Positions 1 through 8,740 of a stretch of DNA of 43,697 nt are shown here, one piece after another (position 1 is the stretch's first letter; the number at the start of each line of letters is the position of its first letter). Position numbers and translations under genes: made by a program. Origin of the DNA: an uncultured Methanomassiliicoccales archaeon (GTDB lineage Archaea > Thermoplasmatota > Thermoplasmata > Methanomassiliicoccales > JAAEEP01). The DNA lies in the NCBI GenBank assembly GCA_964594225.1, contig CAZQLP010000004.1:1-43697 (forward strand), written 5' to 3'. A model generated the notes under the pieces. That model was not told where the DNA came from. It did not search any database and saw only the letters and a list, made by a program, of their open reading frames with translations.

Positions 1-491
1 CGCTGCTGGAAGGCGAGGAGTTCGACCTCCTTACCATGGGAAGATCGGAGGGCCCGGGGTGCTACTGTTACATAAACAACATCCTGCGCACCTTCATGGA
101 CGAGCTGATGGATGATTACGGTCACGTGATCATCGATAACGAGGCCGGTATGGAGCACTTGTCCAGACGCACTACCCGGAGGATGAACGCCCTGGTACTC
201 GTAACCGATGCCACCATGATCGGCGTGGAGACCGCCTCAAGGTTGAGGGAGCTGGCATCCGAGATGGAGATCGAGATTGGCAGGATGATCCTGATCGTTA
301 ACAGGGTTCCCAGGGATATCCCTTCGGCACTGAAGAACGCCATCTCGTCATCAGGATTCGATCAAATGGTCCAGATACCGAACGACAGGCAGGTTGAGGA
401 GCTCAACATGGTGGGGAAGCCCCTCTCCTCCTTGGATGGCACCAACCGGGCCCTGAGGGCGCTGAGGAAGCTGGCCTCCGAGCTCAGATGA
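1..491 (+). CDS. cooC: CooC/AcsF-type nickel-insertion ATPase (partial; 5' end lies outside the window)
   Basis: The frame is open from the window edge (LLEGEEFDLLTMGRSEGPGCYC...). It is a MinD-fold accessory ATPase with the metal-binding GxGCxC motif. The stop TGA is at 489-491, convergent with acsC only 2 nt away. Confidence 0.85.
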   Translation, partial: LLEGEEFDLLTMGRSEGPGCYCYINNILRTFMDELMDDYGHVIIDNEAGMEHLSRRTTRRMNALVLVTDATMIGVETASRLRELASEMEIEIGRMILIVNRVPRDIPSALKNAISSSGFDQMVQIPNDRQVEELNMVGKPLSSLDGTNRALRALRKLASELR

Positions 492-493
492 GG

Positions 494-1834
494 TCACATC
501 GACTTGAGCAGCTTGGATATCCCGCTCGACTCCCTCGGACCCACGATGACCTTGAGGTCGGTCAGCTCCTCCAGTTTCCCGCTCATCCTGGTCACCATGC
601 CTGGAATGATGATGACCCCGCTCTTGGATTTCTGGTAAGCATCAGAATCGCTCAGGGCCTTGGCCACGCTCTCCGGGGTGAGCTTTCCGGCGGAGAAGGC
701 GGTCATCACCGAGAGTCCTTCGGTGTCCACCACCTGCAGCCACACGGGCATCTTGCTCTTCTCAACATCGCCCATAACAGTGAAGTAGGTGAGCGAGAAG
801 TTGGTGGTGAACATCAACGGGGCATCCTCCCCAGGATTGTTGATCGGGTAGAGCTCCGGCTTCACCTGTATGGGCACCTGAGGGTCGGTAAAGATGTTCT
901 GCCTCAGAACAAACAGGGGAAGGGCATGCTCCGGCAGGAGGTCATCGAAGATCACTATGCTCCCGTACTTCATGGTGGCCATCAACCCCAACGCCAGCGC
1001 CTTTTCGCTTCCCGCGGTGTCGGTGATCATCGGGTACCCCAGACCCCGGAAGGTCTTCTTCACCGAGTGCCTCCTGACAATGGTGCTGTTCTCCAGGAGG
1101 GTCCTCAGGGAGGTTGCGGCGAAATCGAGGACAATATCTTCCACCCCGGATGACCTCACCTTCTCCACCAGATCCGCCAGGGATTCAAGGCCGTCCTCGC
1201 TCCTCACGACCAAGGGGCATGACAGCTCCTTGGCGACGGATGCCATCTCGTCCGTGTTTCCAGCGGTGACGCGGGAGAGCAAGGGCCTTCTATCGGCGAC
1301 CCTGCTGGCCGCCTCTCTCATGGCGGCGGGATCCTCCGATACCAGGATCATCGGCATCTCCGTCCGGGAGGCGACGGCCTCCACCGCGGAGGCGAACTTG
1401 GTCGGATCGCCCGAGTCGTTCCTCACGGCGACCATGTCCATGATCATCATCTGGCCCACCCTCTCGAATCGCAAGGAGGTCGCCTCCTCCACCCTGGCCT
1501 CGATCCCTTGATCATCCAGGGAATCTGAGATCGCAAGGGCGTAGGCGATTGGGTGGAAGAACTTCTTCTCGTGACGAAACATCTCGGTCTCGTCACCCGT
1601 CTCAATCACGTTCTCCCCGACGCCAATCTTGACCAGCCTGATAGGCGGCGCGGATGAGGCTTCTAAGGAGGATTTCGTTTCCTCCGAGACATGAGGGCAG
1701 TCCTCCAGCTTGACCTTCTGGTTGGCCAGCTGCATGGCGAACGCCAGGCAGGTGGGGAAACCGCAGTCGCCGCAGTTTGTCTTGGGCAGGAGCTTGAAGA
1801 TCTCTATCGCCGTCGGCAGATCAATCACCTCCAA
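494..1834 (-). CDS. acsC: Corrinoid iron-sulfur protein, large subunit (AcsC / CdhE-like)
   Basis: 446 aa. It has the N-terminal 4Fe-4S motif CGDCGFPTCLAFAMQLA...CPHV and is collinear along its length with Moorella AcsC as I recall it (ETELFRHEKKF, TNFSLTYF, GLSVMTA, IVGPRE). It overlaps acsD by 14 nt. Confidence 0.9.
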   Translation of the reverse strand: MEVIDLPTAIEIFKLLPKTNCGDCGFPTCLAFAMQLANQKVKLEDCPHVSEETKSSLEASSAPPIRLVKIGVGENVIETGDETEMFRHEKKFFHPIAYALAISDSLDDQGIEARVEEATSLRFERVGQMMIMDMVAVRNDSGDPTKFASAVEAVASRTEMPMILVSEDPAAMREAASRVADRRPLLSRVTAGNTDEMASVAKELSCPLVVRSEDGLESLADLVEKVRSSGVEDIVLDFAATSLRTLLENSTIVRRHSVKKTFRGLGYPMITDTAGSEKALALGLMATMKYGSIVIFDDLLPEHALPLFVLRQNIFTDPQVPIQVKPELYPINNPGEDAPLMFTTNFSLTYFTVMGDVEKSKMPVWLQVVDTEGLSVMTAFSAGKLTPESVAKALSDSDAYQKSKSGVIIIPGMVTRMSGKLEELTDLKVIVGPRESSGISKLLKSM

Positions 1835-2777
1835 GAAGGTCGTCGACGAGCTCGTTGATCATCTTCGCCGCCCTCGGATTGCGAACGATGAGCATGTCCG
1901 CACCGGACACCAGGGCAGATAGACCGGTGGTAACCTCCCACCACATGGCCCGTTCACTCATGTCCCCGTAGTCGGGATTGTCATCCGTGGCCTCCCTGGC
2001 ATCCCAAGCAACGGAGGCGTCGCATAGCATGGGTATCTGGAGCATGTTGTCCCCCATTAGGGCCGCGAGCCTGATCCTCTCGTTGACCGAGTAGGAATAC
2101 TCCAGCCCCATTCCCAGGGCGGCCATGAGCGGGTCGGCCACTGTGTCCTCGATCTTGACCCCGAAGTCGGTCAGTAGGATGCTGATCTGCTTCGCCAGGT
2201 TGATGTCCAGGTTGGAGAAGCCGACCACAGCGTGGCCGTTCGCCATGCTCGCGGCGGAGATGGACTTGTACGCGTCCTCCTCCGCGTGAGCTAGAAGGAG
2301 CCTCTCCCCACTTCCGATGTTGCTGATCATCTCCATGGTCTTGGCGTCCTTCTCCTCATGGCCGCAGCCGTAGATTAGCAGTGGCACGGGTACGGAATCC
2401 AGCATGCGTTTGACAAGCTGCGCGGCCTCCTCGGAGGAGGTGTTTTTCTCTTCTGGGTTGGTGGACAGCAGGCGGAGGCATATGAGGTCTGCGCCGTGTT
2501 CCTCCACCCACGCCCTGCCCCACTCCACAGGGTCGTTGACAGCGTCACCGAACTCCTTCCTTACCAGCTCTGGACACTCGCTCAGGGAGTCCATAACCTC
2601 GCCAGCCAGCGCAGGGCGGTTGGGATAATCGTTCTCGTACGAAAGGAATGGCATCCCGTTCTGTCCACCGATGATCGCGTTCCTCTTTCTAGTCCCTCCG
2701 TTCTCGGCAGTGGCGCCGAGTCTGACCTCACCGATCCTGCCTGACCATTTGTCCTTTGGTGTGGGAATATCCGCCAT
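1821..2777 (-). CDS. acsD: Corrinoid iron-sulfur protein, small subunit (AcsD-like)
   Basis: 318 aa, the size of bacterial AcsD, positioned between the CODH/ACS gene and acsC. AGGAGG lies 8 nt upstream of the ATG, and the gap to the upstream gene is 21 nt. Confidence 0.8.
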   Translation of the reverse strand: MADIPTPKDKWSGRIGEVRLGATAENGGTRKRNAIIGGQNGMPFLSYENDYPNRPALAGEVMDSLSECPELVRKEFGDAVNDPVEWGRAWVEEHGADLICLRLLSTNPEEKNTSSEEAAQLVKRMLDSVPVPLLIYGCGHEEKDAKTMEMISNIGSGERLLLAHAEEDAYKSISAASMANGHAVVGFSNLDINLAKQISILLTDFGVKIEDTVADPLMAALGMGLEYSYSVNERIRLAALMGDNMLQIPMLCDASVAWDAREATDDNPDYGDMSERAMWWEVTTGLSALVSGADMLIVRNPRAAKMINELVDDLLGGD

Positions 2778-2798
2778 TCGATTTCCTCCTTCGTTCCC

Positions 2799-5700
2799 TC
2801 AGGAGATGAGGGGTGGCATGCTCATGGCCGGATGGTCGACCTTCATCATCCACTCCATGAGTCCCTCGGCGTCCGTGCAGATGGTCTCGTCGGCTATCTT
2901 GTCGACGAAATCCGGGACCCCAAGCTCCTCTGACCTGGCCTTGAGATCGTCCATGAGCGCCTCCTTGAGCTCCTTCGGCATCCAGGCGATCCTGAGGAAC
3001 CCTCCGTCCGCGGGTATGAACTTCTTGCTGGAAATATATTTTCTTCCAACACCTATGAATCCCGGCGTCTGTCTGCCCCCGCCCACCGACCCAGCGAGCG
3101 TGGAAAACTTCATCCCTATAGGGGTCATTCCCGGGGATTCTCTGTTGACCACGATCACCCCCTGCATATCGGCCGTCATGCCGACGATGCACTCGAAGCA
3201 GCCGCAGGAGGTCATGGGGTCCTCCATCATGGTGTACGCGTTGAATACCGCGAGCTTGTGATGAGAGTACTCGTAAACGGCCTCGTTCACCCCCTCCCAT
3301 TGCCCCTTTTCCTCGTCGATGGTCCTGCCCTTTAGGATGGGCTGATTGGGTCCGGTGGGCGTGATCTCCTTGCTCGCCTTGGCGTCCATCCAATTGATGG
3401 CGCCGCACAGACCGAGCCTTTCCGGGGTCACCACGCAAACGTGGTCGGGGGCAAAGCTCTGGCACAGCGTGCAGGAGTAGAATATGTCAACCGCCTCGTC
3501 CGTAAGGCCCGATATCCTCTCGTCCCTCACATCGTAGGCCTCGATGGCCTCGGGCATTCTTCTCTCGATCTCGTCCAGGTCGGTGATGATGGTCACCTGG
3601 ACCCTAGACACGATGTTGCCGAAGTCCTCCTTGATCTTGGTTATCAGGATGTCCCCGAAGTGCTTGAACTTGAGCCCCGCGGCCACCGAAGTCTTGCTCA
3701 GCCTGATCCAGAGGATGTTCCTCTGCCCGGTGTGCCAGCATCCCTCTCCGAAGTTGATGAACTGGTGCATCCTTCTCTCAAGAACCGATTCGAAGTCGTC
3801 CTGCATATTCTTACCGTAGACATCCACCAGGATGGCGAGCGGCGTGGAGGAGCCTTCCTCCATCTCGTCGACATCCTTCCCGATTATAGTAATCTTCCCG
3901 TCCTCCACCTCGTCCTCCGCTCTCATCTTCAGCAACTCGAAGGCCGTTGTCTTGGCGACCCCTCCCGCCTCCACGTACGTCTGGGGTCTCCTGACAGTCT
4001 CGCCCTCGAAGGCCGGCCCGTACGCCACCGGGATATTCACCGGAGCCAGCTTGACCTGTATCCCCCTCACCTCGATTGCCTTCTGAATGAGCTTGGAGTA
4101 GTCCTTCTCCACCACGAACTTGTCCGGTATCTCCTCCAGATCCTGGTCCGTGACCGTGGGGGAGTTATTGAACAATACCGCGAACTCAGCCGCGGCCTTT
4201 ATGTGATCTATCGGTCCCAGTTGGAGCACGAACACCTTCGGTCTGTTGGAAAGGTACTTGTGCAGTCTCTCGCGATCGCCACGCTCCACCCCGCCGAAGG
4301 AGAGCGCGGCCCTGATGGCGAAGTTGAGGCCGTGTATCGCCTGGGTGAACTCACCCACGGGGTAGAGCATGATGTCCAGTCCCATTTGGATGTTCTCGTC
4401 CCTCAGCTGCCTGATGGTATCGAAGGTGGCTATGATCAGCATTCCCTTGTTCTGACAATCCCTCACCACCTTCACAAGCTCCTTGGGATCCTCTGCCATC
4501 CCCACGAGCACCGCCGCACCTGGAATTGTGTCGTCCACGAAGGCGATGCCCAGCTCCCTCAGGATGCGGTCGGGTACGAAGCCGCAGTACGGCGTGCCCT
4601 CGTAGGGATCCACCCCGTCGATGTACTTCAGTGCCTCGATGATCTCCGCGGAGATCATCGTGACCTCGCCGGCTATAAGGGCGTTCTCCAGCGACGCTTC
4701 CTCCTTGATCTTGCTTCTCACATTACCCAGCGCTCCAGGCAGATCACCAAGGGTCTTCACCTCCCTCCCGTCCCAAGCGTAAATTGATGGAAGCTCATAC
4801 CCAGTTTCCGGGTACTCGATGAGCTGATTGTAACCGTACTTCTCGATCGCCGTGCCGAGCAGCTGATCGGCGTATCCCGCCGCTATGATGCCGCCCTCGA
4901 TGGCCATCTCGTACAGCCTCTCCTGCGATATCCTGGGTCTGCTCTCCCTCTGGTAGGTGTGCTCCAGGTCCAGCACCCATCTCCTGTACTCGATGACGTT
5001 CAGCAGCTTCTCTGCCGCCTTCTGGGGGTTCCTCTCAAAGATGTAGTATCCTCCGTACACGTCCCGGGCGGTGTTCTCAAGGACCTCGGTCACTAGTGAC
5101 GAGCCGTAGATGTAATTGATCGTCCCGACATGTACTGGCATTCCCATGGCCACGCACCATGTTCCGATGGCAACCGCCTTCTCGTGGTTGGCCTCCGGCG
5201 CCGAGGCAGCGAACGGTATCTCGTGCACGTCCACCCCGAACCTCTCCGCCAGATGGGTGGCGAAATTCGCCGCCCTGCTGTTGTCCACACAGGACCCCAT
5301 GTGCCAAACGGGGGGTAGGTCAACCCCGTTCGCCTCGCTGAGCTCCTTTATGAACGCTCTCAGACCCTCCCCAGCGTACTTCTCGGCGGCATCTGAGGCC
5401 ATCATTCCCTTCTTGGCCAGGGCAGCGGCCGAACAGCCGGTGCACACAATCAGGACGTCGTTCTTCAGGAGCTCCTCCGCTATGGTGACGTGGTTGTAAT
5501 CATGAGGGGATCTCTGGTTATTGCAACCCGCCATGAGGCATATTCCCCGGATAGTGCCGTCCTTGATCCTCTCCACGATGTGCATGAGGGGGTCATCCTC
5601 ATCGAGCTTCTCGCAGATATCCTCGATCTGCTCCAGGCTGAATCCCGCTATGACCTCGCTCTTGACATTGGGTATGTGCACCTGCAGGTGGTCCCGCTCT

Positions 5701-6905
5701 TTGTACGCCTCGATCGCCAGGCGTATGATGGCCCTGGCGCTGACCTCGGCCTCCTCCTCTCTGAACTGTACGTGAGTATCATAGGGAAGCCTGACATTGG
5801 CCATTGTTGACACGACTTTAGTTGATAGACAGGAGCTGATTTCGGCCAGGGAGGGCATGATGCACTGGTAGTCCGCAACCACCAGGTCGACGACACCGGT
5901 GGCGAGAATGAGTTCCTGGGAAGAGTAGTTAGATGCCAGGGGAACGCCCTTCCTCATCAGGGTCTCGGCGCCGGTGCAGCATATGCCCACTATATTGATG
6001 CCCTTGGCTCCCGCCTTCTTTGCCTCCTCCTCCATCTCCTTGGCCACATCCACTACGACATCGCTCAGTACCGGGTTGTGCCCGTGAACGGCGATGTTCA
6101 CCTTCTCGGCGTCGAGGCATCCCATGTTGGCCTGGGTCCTCACCAATCGCGGCGTCCCGAACAGCATGTCGGAAAAGTCGGTGGAGATCTGCTCACCCGC
6201 CAGGTCCGCGACCGCGCACTTGATCCCGCCGAACAGCACGGGGACGGGATCCGCATCGCAACCCATCGTGGTGCGGTGTATCACTTCGCTGATGGTCTGA
6301 TCGATGTTGGTGGGCATCACACCCAGCCTCTTCCAGAGGTCGATCCTCCTCTCGGTGATGGTGGAGGTGCTGAAATTAAGATAATCATGGGTGTAACGGC
6401 CGAAGTCCTCGAGGGCCGCCCCAACGACCTTCCATGTCAGGTCCTTGGTGTCAATTCCCTCGGTATCGATATCAAGCCTCTTCGCGATTCTCTTGAGCTT
6501 CTCCTCGTCCTTAACCTTGTAGGTCGGTGCCTCTCCCTCCAGCATCTTGACCACGGTCTCGGTGATGTGCTTTCCATGACCGGAGTGGGCGGCAGCGCCT
6601 CCAGCGATCATCCTGATGACTTTGCGAGCGACTATCGTGTAGTCCCTTGCGCCACATATGCCCTTATCTGGCTTACCTCCGAATGGGTCAATCCTGCACG
6701 GTCCCTGGAGACAGTTACGGCAGCAGATCCCGAGCTCACCAAAACCGCACTGGGGTAACATTTCCTCGTATCTGTCCCAGGCGGTCTCGATGCCCTTATC
6801 TTGGGCGATGAAGATGCCCTCCTGGGTCGCTATGTCGCAGCTCTTCTCCTCGCAGGATCTCATTTCCGCGATCACTTTCTTCTCTGCCTTCTCCTCAGTC
6901 TCCAT
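2799..6905 (-). CDS. Fused carbon monoxide dehydrogenase (CooS/AcsA-type) and acetyl-CoA synthase (AcsB-type)
   Basis: One uninterrupted ORF. The track start at 6920 is TTG; the ATG at 6905, preceded by GGAGGT, is the likelier start. The N-terminal ~650 aa carry CODH motifs: CGFGELGICCRNCLQGPCRI, HGHNP, CCTG, MAGCNN, TGCS, GSCVDNSR. The C-terminal ~710 aa are collinear with Moorella AcsB, including its N-terminal domain and the A-cluster motifs CxxC-x8-C-x9-C (CQSFAPDHVCVVTPERLGLCG) and SCGCFE. Confidence 0.9.
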   Translation of the reverse strand: METEEKAEKKVIAEMRSCEEKSCDIATQEGIFIAQDKGIETAWDRYEEMLPQCGFGELGICCRNCLQGPCRIDPFGGKPDKGICGARDYTIVARKVIRMIAGGAAAHSGHGKHITETVVKMLEGEAPTYKVKDEEKLKRIAKRLDIDTEGIDTKDLTWKVVGAALEDFGRYTHDYLNFSTSTITERRIDLWKRLGVMPTNIDQTISEVIHRTTMGCDADPVPVLFGGIKCAVADLAGEQISTDFSDMLFGTPRLVRTQANMGCLDAEKVNIAVHGHNPVLSDVVVDVAKEMEEEAKKAGAKGINIVGICCTGAETLMRKGVPLASNYSSQELILATGVVDLVVADYQCIMPSLAEISSCLSTKVVSTMANVRLPYDTHVQFREEEAEVSARAIIRLAIEAYKERDHLQVHIPNVKSEVIAGFSLEQIEDICEKLDEDDPLMHIVERIKDGTIRGICLMAGCNNQRSPHDYNHVTIAEELLKNDVLIVCTGCSAAALAKKGMMASDAAEKYAGEGLRAFIKELSEANGVDLPPVWHMGSCVDNSRAANFATHLAERFGVDVHEIPFAASAPEANHEKAVAIGTWCVAMGMPVHVGTINYIYGSSLVTEVLENTARDVYGGYYIFERNPQKAAEKLLNVIEYRRWVLDLEHTYQRESRPRISQERLYEMAIEGGIIAAGYADQLLGTAIEKYGYNQLIEYPETGYELPSIYAWDGREVKTLGDLPGALGNVRSKIKEEASLENALIAGEVTMISAEIIEALKYIDGVDPYEGTPYCGFVPDRILRELGIAFVDDTIPGAAVLVGMAEDPKELVKVVRDCQNKGMLIIATFDTIRQLRDENIQMGLDIMLYPVGEFTQAIHGLNFAIRAALSFGGVERGDRERLHKYLSNRPKVFVLQLGPIDHIKAAAEFAVLFNNSPTVTDQDLEEIPDKFVVEKDYSKLIQKAIEVRGIQVKLAPVNIPVAYGPAFEGETVRRPQTYVEAGGVAKTTAFELLKMRAEDEVEDGKITIIGKDVDEMEEGSSTPLAILVDVYGKNMQDDFESVLERRMHQFINFGEGCWHTGQRNILWIRLSKTSVAAGLKFKHFGDILITKIKEDFGNIVSRVQVTIITDLDEIERRMPEAIEAYDVRDERISGLTDEAVDIFYSCTLCQSFAPDHVCVVTPERLGLCGAINWMDAKASKEITPTGPNQPILKGRTIDEEKGQWEGVNEAVYEYSHHKLAVFNAYTMMEDPMTSCGCFECIVGMTADMQGVIVVNRESPGMTPIGMKFSTLAGSVGGGRQTPGFIGVGRKYISSKKFIPADGGFLRIAWMPKELKEALMDDLKARSEELGVPDFVDKIADETICTDAEGLMEWMMKVDHPAMSMPPLIS

Positions 6906-7113
6906 GGGGATTACCTCCAAAATGCCATACCCGGATTGAAAGATGCCTTAGCTGGATATCGATATCGTTGAAACTCCTTTCATAAGATATCGGTCCTCTA
7001 TCCCCGAGGTTATCTTCGAAAATCTCATATATCAAATGGGAGCCCGAACCTGTCTTCTCAGGTGTGATGGAGTTCTCATTCAGCAAGTGCAAACCTCTAG
7101 ATAATGCACCATA

Positions 7114-7128
7114 TGTCAAATTTTGACA
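7114..7128. promoter_or_regulatory. Perfect 7+1+7 palindrome TGTCAAA-T-TTTGACA in the acs upstream spacer (candidate operator)
   Basis: Read directly from the sequence. It lies about 210 nt upstream of the acs start codon, inside an AT-rich intergenic region. Confidence 0.35.
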
Positions 7129-7147
7129 AGTTGGTGATTATCGGGAC

Positions 7148-7193
7148 ATTAGTACTTAAATTCTCTCGAGATATTAGTACTTAAATTCTTTCG
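7148..7193. repeat. Two direct copies of ATTAGTACTTAAATTCT(c/t)TCG with a 25-bp period
   Basis: An exact 17-mer occurs at 7148-7164 and 7173-7189. The match extends to 21 nt with one mismatch. It is intergenic, upstream of the acs operon. Confidence 0.9.
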
Positions 7194-7444
7194 TTTATTG
7201 TCGAAGCTTGGTAGTTCCATAGGGCGCGATCAGAAATTTCATCAAAGGACATCATTGTCTTGACTTGATCAAGGCAGCAACTCCTTCATCTTAACAACTG
7301 GTATCGTGTGGTTGGTCGAGAATCCATCATCTCTCATCGGAGTGATCCCACATGGTTCCCCTCTGGGACATGCTAATTTGGTTGATATGAGATGTCCCGT
7401 CATTCGACGAACGCCCCTGATGGGAAGTTCTGGGCGATGGACGC

Positions 7445-8377
7445 TCAAAAATCTATCTCGGTGAACGAGGAGAGCTCATAATTGCCCCTGAGGGAGGAGA
7501 TGAAGTTCTTCAGTGATTCCCTGAGCCCGTTCGAGTCAAGCGGGCACTTGCTTGTATCGGCAACCACCACCAATGTCATCTTTTCGTAGTAGACCAGAAC
7601 CTTGGTGTAGACTGATAGCAGGTTTATCTGGTGCCCAGCCAGTTCCTGGGTCACCTCGTTGATCGCTCCGGGTCTGTCCGGGATCACGAACCCTATCTCC
7701 AGCAGCTCCGTCTCGGGCTTCAGGAATGTGATGGACAGTACCCACGAGTCGGTGTCTCCAACCATCATCAGGGGCTGACCTTCTTCCAGTCCCTCGAACA
7801 TGTCAAGGTGATCCTGGGGTATCTCGAACCAGCCATCGGTTATCCGGGAGGGCGTCTTGGTGAGCTTCCGGACGACCTTGGTCCTCATCGAGGAACTCTT
7901 TGGAGCCACACCCTTGGTGAACCTGTCCGATATATGGGAAGGCTCCACCTCCAGGGCGTCTACCTTCTCCAGTTGGATCGCTCCCTCGGCCTTCATACGG
8001 TCGAAATCGGCTAGGAGGTTCTCCTCATCGCCATAGTATGAGAGATCGACGAGCATCTTCCAGACCATGCAGACGTCGGAGATCATGCTCAGCGAAACCG
8101 AATTCAGGATATCGATGTTCCTCTCCCCCAAGAATTTGGAGATCGAGGCGCACGCTCCAGGTGCATCGAGCATGTAGAAGGTCGCCTGGCATATCCTCAT
8201 GTAGTTCTCTGGTCCGAACGTCGAGAGCACGATCTCGTAGCTCTTGGATCCGTTGTATGAGTACCTGAAGACCGTGCTGAACACCTGACTTCCATCGACC
8301 AGACCCAGAGGTCGACCGAGCTTCTCGCTGATCTTGACCTTGTTGCCGTGCAATCTGCCGAAATCCCAGAGCCTCAT
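7445..8377 (-). CDS. Internally duplicated protein with two ACT-like domains (putative small-molecule-binding regulator)
   Basis: 310 aa. It has two ACT-type segments, MLDAPGACASISKFLGERNIDILNSV and VIPDRPGAINEVTQELAGHQINLLSV. Each is preceded by a roughly 60-aa segment resembling an AbrB/SpoVT-like hairpin region (KVKISEKLGRPLGLVDGSQV / WFEIPQDHLDMFEGLEEGQPL). Confidence 0.6.
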   Translation of the reverse strand: MRLWDFGRLHGNKVKISEKLGRPLGLVDGSQVFSTVFRYSYNGSKSYEIVLSTFGPENYMRICQATFYMLDAPGACASISKFLGERNIDILNSVSLSMISDVCMVWKMLVDLSYYGDEENLLADFDRMKAEGAIQLEKVDALEVEPSHISDRFTKGVAPKSSSMRTKVVRKLTKTPSRITDGWFEIPQDHLDMFEGLEEGQPLMMVGDTDSWVLSITFLKPETELLEIGFVIPDRPGAINEVTQELAGHQINLLSVYTKVLVYYEKMTLVVVADTSKCPLDSNGLRESLKNFISSLRGNYELSSFTEIDF

Positions 8378-8601
8378 GCTTCGACCATGTTGCGCAACGT
8401 GGTCATCCTCAATAAATGTTGTGAGTTCACATTGCCGCTGAATGTGAGGTCGCTAGGATATCCAAGGAAGAATTCTGGAGGATTTCCAACATGTCCTCTC
8501 AATGGAGCCATGACTTATCAATCATGTATGGATGTTACATCGAGCTGCTTCCTGCCAGATACCTCCCCCACCCTACTTAGGGTTGTGACGCCTTTGGCTT
8601 A

Positions 8602-8626
8602 TATTGGTGATATGTATTGGTGATAT
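8602..8626. repeat. Tandem TATTGGTGATAT x2 (13-bp period) with a degenerate third copy reaching 8637
   Basis: Read directly: TATTGGTGATAT g TATTGGTGATAT c GGTGAGTATA. It sits in the 555-bp divergent intergenic region. Confidence 0.85.
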
Positions 8627-8705
8627 CGGTGAGTATAAGGTCTGTTCCTCACGTCTCCCTTCGGGAAATGAGGCTTTTCCTCTTCATTCTTCTCTTCGGT
8701 TGGCA

Positions 8706-8740
8706 TCTTATCAGTATTCTCCTTTCTTATCAGTCATTCT
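8706..8740. repeat. Direct repeat TCTTATCAGT(c)ATTCT x2 (19-bp period)
   Basis: The exact 10-mer TCTTATCAGT occurs at 8706-8715 and 8725-8734. The flanks match apart from a 1-nt indel. Confidence 0.8.

Noticed and set aside
489-496. Convergent genes with essentially no spacer: cooC/acsC 2 nt apart, ABC-2 permease/cooC 1 nt apart at 10772-10774, and M50/Trm11-like overlapping by 20 nt at 25127-25146
   Set aside because: This is real but reflects general genome compaction rather than a specific feature, so it is noted only as context.
3441-4787. 448-aa ORF on the plus strand, plus several shorter ORFs inside 2799-6920
   Set aside because: It lies antisense to the strongly supported CODH/ACS gene. 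Its composition is Arg/Leu/His/Pro/Gly-rich and low-complexity, typical of shadow ORFs in GC-rich coding DNA.
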